A stretch of DNA of 64,000 bases from an uncultured delta proteobacterium (GCA_963845145.1 CAWJQU010000005.1:1280001-1344000); one strand, 5' to 3'; positions 51,352 through 62,964 are shown, numbered from the stretch's first letter. Notes: generated by a model not told the origin, from the sequence alone. Made by a program: numbers and translations.

Positions 51352-52278
51352 TTATCCAAAGTGAGCACGATATCGGGCGTTGAACTGGCCCAAAGAAAAA
51401 GAATGGGCTTGGGTCCCCTGTTTTTCCACGGCATAACTCGCGCAAACCGTTCCCATGCGGGCGGCATCAGCCAATGGTTTTTTCTCGATAAGTCCTTTGA
51501 TGAGGCCAGCGCGAAACGCGTCCCCGGCGCCAGTGGGATCGACTGCATCAGAAACGGGAACCGATTCGATAGGGATTTCGGATTGGGTGGTTCGAATCAC
51601 TGATCCATCGGCACCGAGTGTCGTGATAACCGCTTCGCATTGATTGAGAAAATCGTCATTACTCATACCGGTCGCATTCTTGATCAATTCCAACTCATAT
51701 TCATTTGAAATTAAATAATGGCATCCCTTGATCATGGTCTTAAGGGCCTCACCTGTCAACGCAGGTATCGCCTGGCCGGGATCGAAAATATAGTCAACAC
51801 CGTTTTCTTTATAATACCGACTGTAAATTTGCATGTCATCGAGATTTCCGGGGGCTACAATGGCCATGACGTCACCGGGATCGATGAAGTTAAATTTATA
51901 ACGCGAAGGATGTTGCATGGCACCGGGATTAAACGCAGTAATCTGATTGTCTGATTGATCCGTGATGATGTAGGCACCCGGCGTGAGGGTCTCTTTCATG
52001 CGACGGATTCCTGCGGTAGATAGGCGGCATCGGTCCAGCCAGCTTTCATAGCGGTCGAAATCGCTACCGGCTGATGCGAGAATAACCGGTTTTTCCTCTA
52101 AGAGAGAGAGGGAATAAGCAATATTGCCAGCCGTTCCGCCGTATTTTTCAACCAATCCGTTCACCATGAAGGCGACATTTAAATTGTGAAGTTGATTGGG
52201 TAGAATATGATCTTCAAATTTTCCCGGGAAATCCATGATACGATCATAAGCCACGGATCCGGATATGTAAATTTGCAC
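51352..52278 (-). CDS. PfkB-family carbohydrate/nucleoside kinase
   Basis: GGTAGNIAY, FDPGQ, NEYE, DPTGAGDAF. Confidence 0.9.
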   Translation of the reverse strand: MQIYISGSVAYDRIMDFPGKFEDHILPNQLHNLNVAFMVNGLVEKYGGTAGNIAYSLSLLEEKPVILASAGSDFDRYESWLDRCRLSTAGIRRMKETLTPGAYIITDQSDNQITAFNPGAMQHPSRYKFNFIDPGDVMAIVAPGNLDDMQIYSRYYKENGVDYIFDPGQAIPALTGEALKTMIKGCHYLISNEYELELIKNATGMSNDDFLNQCEAVITTLGADGSVIRTTQSEIPIESVPVSDAVDPTGAGDAFRAGLIKGLIEKKPLADAARMGTVCASYAVEKQGTQAHSFSLGQFNARYRAHFG

Positions 52279-52304
52279 GCGTTTTTCCTTCCAGGCGATG
52301 ATAT

Positions 52305-53012
52305 TCAGAAAACATCACCCATGTTGGGATTCAATGCTTTTAAAAGCGGTACCATCAATTGCCGGTGTTCGGGTGGAATCATCAAGACAGTCAGGGGACG
52401 GTTGGTAATAAGGCCGTCGGTAATGTTTGTGTGCTTTGCTAATTGATAATCATCGCGGTTATTTTCATTCGACAAATAGGTAAGCACATCAGTTAAATTA
52501 CCGGTCAAGCCGTCCTGGTCGATATGCTCAGTAAATTGCATCAAAACATTATTCATCGAAAGCTTAAACGGATCCATACTGGCATAGCCGGTCTCACGGC
52601 AATCAACGGTGGAAACCATGGTTCGACAGGCCAACGGGCGAACGGCGTATACTGCACAGATGTTGTCCCTTAAGAAAGGGCATACACCCGGAGCAGGATC
52701 TGATTCCTCTTCTGAAGGCTCGATATTATTAATGCAATGTTGGGCTAATGCGTTAATGGTGAGTTTTGGTCGAAATAGAGATTGTTTTTTTAAGGCAGGT
52801 ACTTGGTCCAGCAAATTTGCCTGTTTCGTTTGGATCAAATGGGAAATGAGTTGATATCCCTCCAGTGTCGTCATCGTTACATTTAAGGTGCAACAGGTGG
52901 CACATCCTTGATGGCAAAACAGGTTGCGGCCATCCAACTTGCGGCCATCAAGGGCATCTCGTAAGACACGATAAATTTGGGCTAAGGCGGCAAGCTTTAC
53001 TTTCGTAGACAT
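52305..53012 (-). CDS. YkgJ-like cysteine cluster protein
   Basis: CHQGCATCC, CPFL...CAVYAVRPLACR. Confidence 0.82.
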   Translation of the reverse strand: MSTKVKLAALAQIYRVLRDALDGRKLDGRNLFCHQGCATCCTLNVTMTTLEGYQLISHLIQTKQANLLDQVPALKKQSLFRPKLTINALAQHCINNIEPSEEESDPAPGVCPFLRDNICAVYAVRPLACRTMVSTVDCRETGYASMDPFKLSMNNVLMQFTEHIDQDGLTGNLTDVLTYLSNENNRDDYQLAKHTNITDGLITNRPLTVLMIPPEHRQLMVPLLKALNPNMGDVF

Positions 53013-53028
53013 TCAAAATCACCGGACA

Positions 53029-53901
53029 TTATTGCTCAACCATTTTACTTCGGTTTTGAATATACGCACTACGAAACATCAAATAAGGATCAAGAGAGGC
53101 CTCCTTGAGGGCTTCCAGGTCGCCAATCCGGAAGGATAAACGGTTTGTAATATCTAAAGCGCGTTTGCTTATGGGGACATACCAGGGTTGCAGATAAGAC
53201 GCCGGGTCAAATAAAAAATCGCCCACCAAGCCCACTGAATCCCGTAGGGTCGATGGGCCTAAGACCGGTAGCACTATGTAAATACCGTTGCCGATCCCAT
53301 AGTGACCCAGGGTTTGCCCCATGTCCTCTTGACTGGGATTTAAAGCGGGAAAATTGGCAGCGGGATTTCCGAGCCCCAATAAACCGACCGTTGAGTTGAC
53401 AAAGAACCGGCCGAATTCTCCTCCGGCGGCGCGGACCTTGCCCTGAAACAGACAATTGGCCATCCGTCCGATACCGGCGATGTTGTAAAGCATATTTCCG
53501 ACACCGAGTCGAACCGGCTCAGGTACGACCGCTCGATACCCTTTAGCGATCGGTTTCAGACACCAGAAGTACAGTTTATCATTAAAGTTAAAAATTATCC
53601 GATTGACCGGGGCAAGAGGATCGGAAACTTGGGCGGTATCGGACAAAAATTCATTTTCAAAAAAATTGTCGTCATCCTCGAAAGCCTCATCCGCGGATGT
53701 TACCTCTTCGGAAGTCTTATCCCCGGATCCCTCATCTTCGGAAACAGGCAGTGACACTTTTTCTTGGGGCGCGGGAGACGTTTCGGTGGAGCCCCGCTGA
53801 ATCTGTCTATTTTGAGCGCATCCCGACATCACCATAGCTAAAATAATACCGAGGGCGAAAAAGATCGCCATTTGCCGGGTTGGGTAAATCGTTTTTCTCA
53901 T
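53029..53901 (-). CDS. mlaA: VacJ/MlaA family lipoprotein
   Basis: Lipobox MSGC; DPLAPVNR..FNDK, EDMGQTL, LPVLGPSTLRD. Confidence 0.9.
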   Translation of the reverse strand: MRKTIYPTRQMAIFFALGIILAMVMSGCAQNRQIQRGSTETSPAPQEKVSLPVSEDEGSGDKTSEEVTSADEAFEDDDNFFENEFLSDTAQVSDPLAPVNRIIFNFNDKLYFWCLKPIAKGYRAVVPEPVRLGVGNMLYNIAGIGRMANCLFQGKVRAAGGEFGRFFVNSTVGLLGLGNPAANFPALNPSQEDMGQTLGHYGIGNGIYIVLPVLGPSTLRDSVGLVGDFLFDPASYLQPWYVPISKRALDITNRLSFRIGDLEALKEASLDPYLMFRSAYIQNRSKMVEQ

Positions 53902-53913
53902 CGGTTCACCTCT

Positions 53914-56448
53914 TCAGTGGGCACTTAACTCTTTTTCAGGGCCGAACGGTTTAAACACGACAATGAGTCTGGGTAATAGCGTGAGGGCACCGGCCAGGGC
54001 GATCAACATGGCCAGCCCTGTCAGCAGACCGAACAGAATGCTGGGGATAAAATTGGATAATACCAAAATCGAAAATCCCACAATGATGGTAATCGAAGTG
54101 TAAAACATCGCATAACCGATGCTGCCATGGCAATAGTGCATGGTTGCCAGGTAATTGCCGCTGGAACCGAATTGGTTGATGAAACGGTATATATAGTGGA
54201 TTGTGTTGTCCACGGCAATACCGATGCTGATGGCGGCAATGGTAATCGTCATCATGTCCAGCGGGATTTTCGCCCAACCCATAAAGCCCAATACAAACCC
54301 AATCGCCAATATATTGGGTAAAATGGCGATGAGTGCGATTTTAAATGATCTAAACAGGGCCAGAAACATAACCATCAGGGCTAATAGGGCCACACCCAAG
54401 GTGGCAATCTGGGAACTGAAGAGGCTTTGAAGGACATTATTGTACAATACCATGAGCCCGGTTAACCTGAATTGTTCAGGGTCGAGCCCATGATCTTTAA
54501 TTAAATCTGCTCTGATTTGCTTTAACAAGGCATCGCGGCGAAGCGATTCCGCCGAATCCCGAATGAAGATAGAAAAGCGAACTTCATCGTCAGGAATGGA
54601 GATATACGGATCCAGCACCATTTTCTTAAATTGATCGGGTAGCTCCGTGTATAGGAGCGCCATCTCAAAGCTGTTAAGCTCTTTGCCCTTGTTTATCTTC
54701 TCGGCAACTTTAATCATGGTGCCGAGAGAAAGGACTTTACCCGTTTCGTCCAGATTGTCTAAATAATCATGAACTTGAACTATCCGGGTGATTTTATCGG
54801 GTGTAAACCAATAACGTTCATCTTTTGAGGGACCATCAAACTCATCGAATTCGTCGAAGGAGGAATCCGTTGAATCTTCAGAGACATCAGGGGTAGTCGG
54901 TGGCGATGTCCCTGTTGGCTTAAATTTTACAATGACATCCAACGGGGTGGTGCCAAACAGATGTTGATCGATGGTTTTCATCCCCTGATAGATTTCAGTG
55001 GATTTTTTAAAATAATCGATAAAGCTGTTTTCAACCATAAGGCGGGTGATGCCGATGAGGCTGCCTGCAAAAATAATCGCGGCACCGACCAGAATCAGGC
55101 GGCCATGGGCTTCGGTAAACCGGGCCAGAAGCGGTGTCAAAGAAAAACGCATTTTCGGCAAGGTGGCGCGGTCGCCTTTACCGATGGCTAATAGTGCTGT
55201 GGGGAAAAACAAAAACGTGATCAAAAGCGAGACCGTGATACCGGCGCTCATCATCCAGCCAAAGTTGATGACCGGTTTGATACCACTTAAAAGCAGCGAA
55301 CCAAACCCGGCAATGGTCGTTAAAACGGCATAGAGGCAGGGAAGAAACATGGAGACGATGGTTTCAAGAACAAGCTGACGATGACTGGTTCCAGGGGCAT
55401 CGAGACGCAAGCCCCGGTACCGAACCGTTAAATGGATGCTGATCGCCATGGTGATGATTAATTGCAAAGAGATGAAATTAGACGATACGACCGTCACTTC
55501 CCATCCAAACAGGCCCAACAAGCCGATCATGGCTATGGCCGAAAGGATACAACATGCCATGGGTAGCAAAATCCAGCGCAGCTGTTTGAAAATGATTTTT
55601 AGCGTAACCACCAGAAAAAACAGGATGCCCAACCCGAAGACCTTGAGATCGTTTTTAATAAACCCAATCAGATCATTGGAAATCATGGCCACACCACCCA
55701 GAAACAGATCGGCATCCTGGCGATAGCCATCCATAATGGCCCGAATGGCGGCGATATCCTGTTTGTTTTGCGCGCGCATTTGATCACGGTGGGATTTCAG
55801 CTGCGCGGCTATCTGATCACGCTTGTTTTGTTGGGTGGCGGTTAGGCTGTTATTCTGGTGCATCACCCGAATTTGTTCCCGTTGGGATAACAGATCCTGA
55901 AGGATGGTATCCTTTTTTAAATTCACTATCAACGCGGTGATTTTTAGATCGGCGCTGACCAGAAAATTGCTGTAAATCGGACTTTCGGTTAATTCGATTT
56001 TGGCCAGCTCCCTGTCCACTGATGGGGATTTTAAAGTCGGTATTTGACCGGCCAGCTCTTTTATGGGAATAGGCGGGCTCTGGAGCAAAGGGGCATTTAT
56101 AATGGAAAAAACGCTCTCCACCCGTGGCAAGTTTTCAAGCTCATCCTTTAATTTTGTAATCCGCTCCAAAACAACATCAGAAAAAAGATCCTGTTGGGGT
56201 GCGTAGGTAACGATGACAAAATCTTGGGATCCATAGCGCTTGGTGACTTGTCGCAAATAGATAAGATCCTGGTCGCCTTCCAGCAGGAGGGTTTCCGTGG
56301 ACGCATCAAGGGTGAAGTCTTTGGCATGATACCCTAAAAAGGCGACCGTCAGCAGAAGGGCTAAAATCACCCATTTTGGCCACTTTAGAATGACATGGTC
56401 GTAAAATTGGTAGATCAATGAGAGGATGTCTTTCGACCGATCGGTCAT
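53914..56448 (-). CDS. MMPL/RND family transporter
   Basis: Two TM bundles with periplasmic domains; TTIAGFGSL, GIAVDNTIH. Confidence 0.9.
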   Translation of the reverse strand: MTDRSKDILSLIYQFYDHVILKWPKWVILALLLTVAFLGYHAKDFTLDASTETLLLEGDQDLIYLRQVTKRYGSQDFVIVTYAPQQDLFSDVVLERITKLKDELENLPRVESVFSIINAPLLQSPPIPIKELAGQIPTLKSPSVDRELAKIELTESPIYSNFLVSADLKITALIVNLKKDTILQDLLSQREQIRVMHQNNSLTATQQNKRDQIAAQLKSHRDQMRAQNKQDIAAIRAIMDGYRQDADLFLGGVAMISNDLIGFIKNDLKVFGLGILFFLVVTLKIIFKQLRWILLPMACCILSAIAMIGLLGLFGWEVTVVSSNFISLQLIITMAISIHLTVRYRGLRLDAPGTSHRQLVLETIVSMFLPCLYAVLTTIAGFGSLLLSGIKPVINFGWMMSAGITVSLLITFLFFPTALLAIGKGDRATLPKMRFSLTPLLARFTEAHGRLILVGAAIIFAGSLIGITRLMVENSFIDYFKKSTEIYQGMKTIDQHLFGTTPLDVIVKFKPTGTSPPTTPDVSEDSTDSSFDEFDEFDGPSKDERYWFTPDKITRIVQVHDYLDNLDETGKVLSLGTMIKVAEKINKGKELNSFEMALLYTELPDQFKKMVLDPYISIPDDEVRFSIFIRDSAESLRRDALLKQIRADLIKDHGLDPEQFRLTGLMVLYNNVLQSLFSSQIATLGVALLALMVMFLALFRSFKIALIAILPNILAIGFVLGFMGWAKIPLDMMTITIAAISIGIAVDNTIHYIYRFINQFGSSGNYLATMHYCHGSIGYAMFYTSITIIVGFSILVLSNFIPSILFGLLTGLAMLIALAGALTLLPRLIVVFKPFGPEKELSAH

Positions 56449-57032
56449 TTCAGGGATTGTTTAAGCTTGGCCAGGAGATCATCGATGGAGCCATTGTTTA
56501 AAATGGCAGAATATTCGGCCTGATGGGAGACAATAACACTCGTGCCGCTGATTTCGGCGTCATAAATTTTCCAACCTTGTTTTGATTGATAAAACTTATA
56601 GGTGATGGGGACGACTTTACCTTTGGAAATCAGCTCCGTGGGGACGTAGATTTTGTTATCCTTTTGGACGGCTGGTTTGAAATCGATTTTATCATTGGTA
56701 TAGAGTTCCACTTTGCCGATATAGGCTTTTTCCAAGTGGGCGGAAAAAAGCGACGTAAACTCCTGCTGTTTGTTATTGGAAAGTGCTGACCAGTGCTTTC
56801 TGCCCAGCGCCAGCTTGGCCATCAACGGTAGGTCAAACAGGGGTTTGACCGATTTTACAATCTGGGATCGTTTCTGGCCTTGGTCGATAGCATTGTCGTT
56901 TAGAATAAGGGTTATTTCAGTTAATGTATCTTTGACAATTTTTTCCGGCCCCTCACTGGCAAACGCCATGAACGATCCGGCAGTAATAACCAAACCGATG
57001 ATCGTAATCCATATGATTTGTCGTATTTTCAT
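56445..57032 (-). CDS. mlaC: MlaC/Ttg2D-family periplasmic lipid-binding protein
   Basis: FDLPLMAKLALGRKHW, WKIYD..G.SV. Confidence 0.85.
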   Translation of the reverse strand: MKIRQIIWITIIGLVITAGSFMAFASEGPEKIVKDTLTEITLILNDNAIDQGQKRSQIVKSVKPLFDLPLMAKLALGRKHWSALSNNKQQEFTSLFSAHLEKAYIGKVELYTNDKIDFKPAVQKDNKIYVPTELISKGKVVPITYKFYQSKQGWKIYDAEISGTSVIVSHQAEYSAILNNGSIDDLLAKLKQSLK

Positions 57033-57179
57033 TGTCGTTTCCTTTCCGAATTAATACACGGCGTCGTTATTCAAAATTGCATCCGAAACCATAATATAGG
57101 GTCTTAGTTTGTCAAAGATAGGGCGACCCAACCGCGTTTGTCAAGCATTGCAGTGCCAATCCGGCTAATCGGGCATTGG

Positions 57180-57692
57180 TTAAATGGATAGTAAGTAGGT
57201 CCGCAAATTTGTTTTTTGGTGGGTAAGTCCAAACTTGGCGCGAATATTTCTTCGATGAGCTTCAATGGTTCTGCGTGAAAGATGCATTAATTCAGCAATT
57301 TGCGTTGTCGTTCGCCCCTGTCGAACCATATTCGCTACTTGCATTTCCGTGGGCGTTAGATTGTGGGGGCGGGTAGACAGGGTCCAGGCAAACGGCGAAA
57401 CAATCTCGCTTAAATTGGTTGTTAAAATTTCCAGATGCATTCTCTGTCGGGAATTGAGCTCGCTATCGGCCAGTTTTTCAAGGTAGGGGCTAATCAATTG
57501 CTCAACATTCGACAAAACGCGGGTCTCGATTTCATATTTATCGGTTTCGCGCTTTTCCATTAAGACTTTAAGCGCGGTATTCATTTCCTGCAGACGCCGG
57601 TTTTTATCCTTAAGCGCTTGGGTCCGTTTCTCTACGCGGCGTTCAAGGTCCTGTTGGGCTTTTAATGATGTTGGCTTGGCTTTTTTTGGCAT
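57180..57692 (-). CDS. LuxR-type HTH regulator with no evident sensory domain
   Basis: LTPTEMQVA...IAELM.LSRRTIEAHRRNIRAK. Confidence 0.85.
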   Translation of the reverse strand: MPKKAKPTSLKAQQDLERRVEKRTQALKDKNRRLQEMNTALKVLMEKRETDKYEIETRVLSNVEQLISPYLEKLADSELNSRQRMHLEILTTNLSEIVSPFAWTLSTRPHNLTPTEMQVANMVRQGRTTTQIAELMHLSRRTIEAHRRNIRAKFGLTHQKTNLRTYLLSI

Positions 57693-57803
57693 TGTGATTC
57701 ATCGCCTCCCTAAAGTCCAAAAAAGCGAACGTTGCATGGTATCTTTTCTCAGACAATCTGACCATGTAGCTGTTTGCTTGATAAAAATCGATACAAAAAA
57801 TGG

Positions 57804-58628
57804 TTAAAGACCGATGGGGTCGCCTCCCTGCGATTGAGACGCCACCGAAAGAACAATATTTTTACTTGAAATCACAGGCTCGACAGCCTCACGGGCTTTT
57901 TCCGGCGTATTGTTAATTTCACTTAAATGTGCCAGCACCACCCGTTGCAAGCGATCATGAATGAGCTCAGACAGCAATTTTCCGGTATCTTGATTGGACA
58001 GGTGGCCCGAGCGACTCATTACTCGCTGCTTCAACGGCCAGGCGTAGGGACCGTTTTTAAGCATATCGGGATCATGATTGGCCTCCAAAACAAGCACGCT
58101 GCATTGCGCCAGATGCGACTTGACCACATGGGTCGCGACGCCAAGATCGGTGGCCACGCCGACCTTATGCCCGTTTAGCTGAAAGGTAAAACCGGCCGGG
58201 TCCACGGCATCATGAGAGATGGAAAAGGGATGAATCGTCAGACTGTTGATCGTAAATGGCGTGCCGCAATTAAAATGGTTGATTTTGAATAGACGCCCCA
58301 ATCGTTTGGCCGATATCTCAGCCGTTTTCGGCGTAATATAGACCGGTAAATGGTAACGGCGGGATAGGACACCGGCACCATGGATGTGGTCGCTGTGTTC
58401 GTGGGAGATGATGATGGCATCCAGGTCTTCCGCTCGCAAGCCCTGTCGGTTTAAGCGGCGTTCAATCTGAATGCCGGATAAGCCGGAGTCCAATAAAATG
58501 CGGGTATGCCCGTCAGACAGGAACGTGACATTTCCCTTGCTGCCACTGGCCAGAACACAAACGACCGGCCGGTTGTCGCCTGGAGGTGAAATATCCTTGG
58601 ATTGCGGATGGTTATTGCCGGAAATCAT
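57804..58628 (-). CDS. MBL-fold hydrolase (YycJ/WalJ-like)
   Basis: LASGSKGN, SHEHSDH, LEANHD, GHLSN, LAHLS. Confidence 0.9.
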   Translation of the reverse strand: MISGNNHPQSKDISPPGDNRPVVCVLASGSKGNVTFLSDGHTRILLDSGLSGIQIERRLNRQGLRAEDLDAIIISHEHSDHIHGAGVLSRRYHLPVYITPKTAEISAKRLGRLFKINHFNCGTPFTINSLTIHPFSISHDAVDPAGFTFQLNGHKVGVATDLGVATHVVKSHLAQCSVLVLEANHDPDMLKNGPYAWPLKQRVMSRSGHLSNQDTGKLLSELIHDRLQRVVLAHLSEINNTPEKAREAVEPVISSKNIVLSVASQSQGGDPIGL

Positions 58629-58720
58629 AGGTGTCTTTTGTCTGCCTATCCATATATTGGGGAGCCGGTTTTTCAGTGTACCGGTCTAATGCGCCAAGTT
58701 GATTTTCGGCCGAGGTGTCT

Positions 58721-59191
58721 TTACCGGCCGGTATGCCCGAAACCACCGTCGCCACGAGGTGTCTTTTGCAATGAATCCACCTCTTCAAGCTGAGCACGGA
58801 AGGCGCGCGCGATAATCATCTGGGCGATCCGGTCTCCGCGATTAATGGGGTACGGCCGGGGGCCGTGATTGATCAGGGCCACCTTCACCTCTCCACGGTA
58901 ATCGGCATCAATCGTACCGGGCGAATTAATCAACCCGATGCCATGGCGAACCGCCAGACCGCTGCGCGGTCGAATCTGGGCCTCAAAGCCTTCGGGCAGG
59001 GCCATAGCGAAACCCGTGGGGATCAATTCGATGGTGCCAGGGTGTATGGTAACCGTTTGGGTGACCGCCGCACAAACATCCATTCCGGCTGATTGAGGTG
59101 TCATGTAACGGGGCAGGGGAATATCGGTATCATTTTTCGGGTCAAGGCGAACAATCTGAATGTGTGGTTGAAGGCGTGGTTGTGGCGGCAT
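58721..59191 (-). CDS. dut: dUTP diphosphatase
   Basis: [30 protein letters not shown]. Confidence 0.96.
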   Translation of the reverse strand: MPPQPRLQPHIQIVRLDPKNDTDIPLPRYMTPQSAGMDVCAAVTQTVTIHPGTIELIPTGFAMALPEGFEAQIRPRSGLAVRHGIGLINSPGTIDADYRGEVKVALINHGPRPYPINRGDRIAQMIIARAFRAQLEEVDSLQKTPRGDGGFGHTGR

Positions 59192-59194
59192 GAT

Positions 59195-60460
59195 TTAAGG
59201 CTGTATCAATCCGGCAAATAACGTTTCGTCCTTAATCGGCCCCAGGGTTGTCAAGGCAACCCGATCCTCACCATACAGGCGCTTGGCAAGCGTCTGTATG
59301 TTTTCGGCCGATACATCATCAATTTTAGCCAGAATCTCCTTTAGAGGTAAATGCCGGCCAAAGTGGATCTCTTGTTGTGCCAGGCGAATCATTTGATTAT
59401 CATTGCTTTCGGCGGCCAGCAGCAACGACCCCTTGGTATAATCCTTGGCGCTTTGCAATTCGTCGGGACTAACCAGGTCTTGCCCCATTTTTCTTATCGC
59501 CGCCATAATCCGTTCGACCGTTTCCACGGCCTGATCCGGGGCGACGGCGGCGTAAACACCCAACATGCCCGTGTCTTCATAGGCGCTGACAAAGGAGTAG
59601 ATCGAATAGGCCAAACCGTATTTTTCCCGGATTTCCTGGAACAGGCGGGAGCTCATGTTGCCACCCAGAATAGTATTGAGCAATGAACTCGTATACCGGT
59701 CGGGATCGGAAATGGCCAGGCCCTCAACGCCGAGACAGAGGTGCACCTGCTCCTGATCACGGTCATGGACGCGGGTAAAGAAGTGATAATCCGGCTTTTC
59801 CCGCTGCGGCAATCGGTGTGCCGGAGTCAAATCATCGAAGACCGGTTGAATCAGATCCACAAATTCCGAATGGTCGATCTTGCCGGCGGCAGAAATGACA
59901 ATACGATCAGGCTGATAGAGTTTGTTAAAAAAGCGCTTCAAATCGGTGGAATCGAAGCGCATCAGTTTTTCCCGAGTTCCGATGATGGGGCGTCCCAACG
60001 GATGATCGCCCCAAAAGCTCTGGCCGGCCAAATGATGAACCAGTTCATCGGGGCTATCTTCCAACATGCTGATTTCTTGAAAAATAACCGGTCGTTCGCG
60101 TTCCACTTCTCGTTGATCAAAGACCGAATGAAGGAAAATATCCGCCAGAATATCGACCATGGTAGGCAGGTGCCCATTCATGACTTTGGCGTAATAGCAG
60201 GTGTTTTCCATTGAGGTAAAGGCATTGGTGGCGCCACCGATCGCATCGAATTCCTTGGCGATTTGATAGGACGATCTTCGGTTTGTTCCCTTGAAAATCA
60301 TATGCTCGATAAAATGAGAAAGGCCTTGTTCATCGACGGCCTCATCCCGGGCACCGGCATCGACCCAGATACCCATGGACACCGAATGCAGATGGGCCAT
60401 GGGCATCGTGAGGACACGAATCCCGTTGGGAAGGGTGCTTTTGTGAATAGATGTATCCAA
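59195..60460 (-). CDS. M16 family zinc peptidase
   Basis: HFIEHMIFKG inverted zincin motif, NAFTS, SRLFQEIREK.GLAY. Confidence 0.93.
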   Translation of the reverse strand: MDTSIHKSTLPNGIRVLTMPMAHLHSVSMGIWVDAGARDEAVDEQGLSHFIEHMIFKGTNRRSSYQIAKEFDAIGGATNAFTSMENTCYYAKVMNGHLPTMVDILADIFLHSVFDQREVERERPVIFQEISMLEDSPDELVHHLAGQSFWGDHPLGRPIIGTREKLMRFDSTDLKRFFNKLYQPDRIVISAAGKIDHSEFVDLIQPVFDDLTPAHRLPQREKPDYHFFTRVHDRDQEQVHLCLGVEGLAISDPDRYTSSLLNTILGGNMSSRLFQEIREKYGLAYSIYSFVSAYEDTGMLGVYAAVAPDQAVETVERIMAAIRKMGQDLVSPDELQSAKDYTKGSLLLAAESNDNQMIRLAQQEIHFGRHLPLKEILAKIDDVSAENIQTLAKRLYGEDRVALTTLGPIKDETLFAGLIQP

Positions 60461-60490
60461 ATCGTTAATCCTGACCGTTAGTCCTGATCA

Positions 60491-62572
60491 TTAATCTTGG
60501 TCGCTGACCTCTTTGTGGCTCAAGCGGATCTTGCCGTCGCGCCCAATTTCCAGGACCTTCACTTTAATGATGTCGCCCTCTTTGACCACATCGGTGACTT
60601 TTTTTACCCGATGGTTAGCCAGTTGGGAAATATGCACCAGGCCATCCGTACCGGGTAAGATTTGTACAAACGCTCCGAAATCCATTATTTTGACGACCTT
60701 GCCCTCATAAATGGCGTTGACTTCCGGAACGGCCGTGATCTCCTTAATTCGGCCCATGGCCATATCGGCCTCTTCTTTACTGGTGGCGGCGATTTTGACA
60801 AGGCCGGAATCGTCCACTTCAATGCGTGTATTGGTGTCCGCCTGAATAGCGCGAATCATCTTGCCACCCGGGCCGATAATATCTCGAATTTTATCCGGAT
60901 TAATTTCTACCGTTTCGATCACCGGTGCGTAGCGGGATATGGCTTCTCGCGGGGCACCCAGGGCACCATCCATGTTATCCAGAATATGAAGCCGTCCCAT
61001 GCGTGCCTGGGCCAACGCTTTTTCCATCACGTCCCGGGATAATTCAAGAATTTTGATGTCCATTTGAAGGGAAGTAATCCCCTCACGGGTCCCGGCGACT
61101 TTAAAATCCATATCGCCGGTATGGTCCTCATCCCCAAGAATATCCGATAGAATCTCCACCTGATCCCCTTCGCTGACGAGTCCCATGGCGACGCCTGCCA
61201 CCGGCGCTTTGATGGGGACACCGCCATCCATCATCGCCAGCGTGGCGGCGCACACCGTGCCCATGGAGGAAGAGCCATTGGATTCAAGCACTTCGGAAAC
61301 GATTCGAATGGTATAGTCGAAATCTTCCTTATCGGGAAGTACCCGCTCAATAGCGCGCGTTGACAACCCGCCATGACCGATGTCCCGGCGGCTGGGGCCT
61401 CCTAAGCGGCGGGTTTCGCCTACCGAGTAGGGAGGAAAATTGTAATGCAGCATAAAGGGGCGGAACTCTTCGCCGCCCAAAGTCTCGACGCGCTGCTGAT
61501 CCGGACCGGAGCCTAGGGTTAAGACGCCAAGTACCTGGGTTTCACCACGGGTGAAAAGAGCACTACCGTGGGGCCTGGGTAAGATGCCGGGCTGGCAGGT
61601 GATGGGACGGATTTCATCAAATCGGCGGCCGTCGATGCGCCGGCCTTCTTTTAATACCAGATCGCGGCTGATCTTTTTCTTGAGATCTGAGAATATGTCG
61701 CCTACCTCGCCTTCACGATCGGGATGGGACTCCTTAATTTTTTCAACAACATCCGCCTTCACCTGGCGAATCGCAACCTGGCGCTCTACTTTCGTCGGTG
61801 TCAGAATGGCCTCACGGAGTTTTTCCGAAGCTTCAGCTGTCACTGTCGCAACGAGATCCGGATCTGGTTTAGGGGGCTCAAAGGCGCGTTTGGGTTTACC
61901 GCATTTGGCCTTAAGATCCTCTTGAACCTTAATCAATGGTTGCAGGGCTTCATGTCCAAAATAGATGGCCTCAATGGCCTCGGCCTCATCGATGATATCG
62001 GCACCGCCTTCCACCATGATTACACCGGTTTTTGATCCGGCCACAATGATGTTAAAATCGGACTGTTCCCACTGGGAAATCGGCGGGTTGGCGATCAGTT
62101 TGCCATCAATGCGTCCCACGCGAACACTGGCGATAGGACCGGCAAAGGGGATGTCTGAAATTTCAAGGGCGGCGGAAGCTCCAAGCATCGCCAGGCAATC
62201 GGGGTCGTTCTCATGGTCCATGGAGAGGACCGTGGCGATTACCTGGATCTCACATTGATACCCCTTGGGGAACAGGGGCCGAATCGGGCGGTCAATTAAC
62301 CGGGCCGTAAGGGTCTCTTTTTCACTGGGACGTCCGATCTCCCGCCTAAAATAGTTCCCGGGAATTCGCCCGGCAGCGTAAATCTTTTCCATGTACTCAA
62401 CGGTCAGCGGAAGAAATCCCATATTCCGTTCTTCCAATGAACCCACCACGGATACCAAGACGACGGTTTCTCCGCACTGCACAACCACCGCACCCGACGC
62501 CTGTTTGGCAAGCTTACCGGTCTGGATGGTTAAAGGTTGGTCCCCAAGGGTCGTATTAAGTTCTAATTCCAT
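60491..62572 (-). CDS. pnp: Polyribonucleotide nucleotidyltransferase
   Basis: [41 protein letters not shown] and S1 domains. Confidence 0.98.
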   Translation of the reverse strand: MELELNTTLGDQPLTIQTGKLAKQASGAVVVQCGETVVLVSVVGSLEERNMGFLPLTVEYMEKIYAAGRIPGNYFRREIGRPSEKETLTARLIDRPIRPLFPKGYQCEIQVIATVLSMDHENDPDCLAMLGASAALEISDIPFAGPIASVRVGRIDGKLIANPPISQWEQSDFNIIVAGSKTGVIMVEGGADIIDEAEAIEAIYFGHEALQPLIKVQEDLKAKCGKPKRAFEPPKPDPDLVATVTAEASEKLREAILTPTKVERQVAIRQVKADVVEKIKESHPDREGEVGDIFSDLKKKISRDLVLKEGRRIDGRRFDEIRPITCQPGILPRPHGSALFTRGETQVLGVLTLGSGPDQQRVETLGGEEFRPFMLHYNFPPYSVGETRRLGGPSRRDIGHGGLSTRAIERVLPDKEDFDYTIRIVSEVLESNGSSSMGTVCAATLAMMDGGVPIKAPVAGVAMGLVSEGDQVEILSDILGDEDHTGDMDFKVAGTREGITSLQMDIKILELSRDVMEKALAQARMGRLHILDNMDGALGAPREAISRYAPVIETVEINPDKIRDIIGPGGKMIRAIQADTNTRIEVDDSGLVKIAATSKEEADMAMGRIKEITAVPEVNAIYEGKVVKIMDFGAFVQILPGTDGLVHISQLANHRVKKVTDVVKEGDIIKVKVLEIGRDGKIRLSHKEVSDQD

Positions 62573-62694
62573 CTGTTTCTCCTGTGCGAATCGTCGCTAT
62601 CAATATAAGGCAACCCGTAGCAATAGGAACCTGGCCATCTTAGCGATTATCTCTGGTTTGTTTTTCGTGTCCAATACGATGCTGAGGTGTTCAG

Positions 62695-62964
62695 CTATCG
62701 GCGCAGACCGAGGGTTTTGACAATATCACGATACCGCTTTACATCCTTATTTTTAACATAGTTGAGCAGGCGTCGCCTCTGACCAACCAGCATCAAAAGT
62801 CCCCGACGTGTATGGTGGTCTTTTTTGTGGGCTTTAAGATGTTCGGTTAAATAGGAAATTCGATGGGTTAACAATCCCACCTGGACTTCCGGCGACCCGG
62901 TATCCGATTCGTGAAGTTTGTACTTGTCAATTAAATTTCTTTTCTCGTTGGATGTCAGTACCAA
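62695..62964 (-). CDS. rpsO: 30S ribosomal protein S15
   Basis: [20 protein letters not shown]. Confidence 0.98.
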   Translation of the reverse strand: MVLTSNEKRNLIDKYKLHESDTGSPEVQVGLLTHRISYLTEHLKAHKKDHHTRRGLLMLVGQRRRLLNYVKNKDVKRYRDIVKTLGLRR

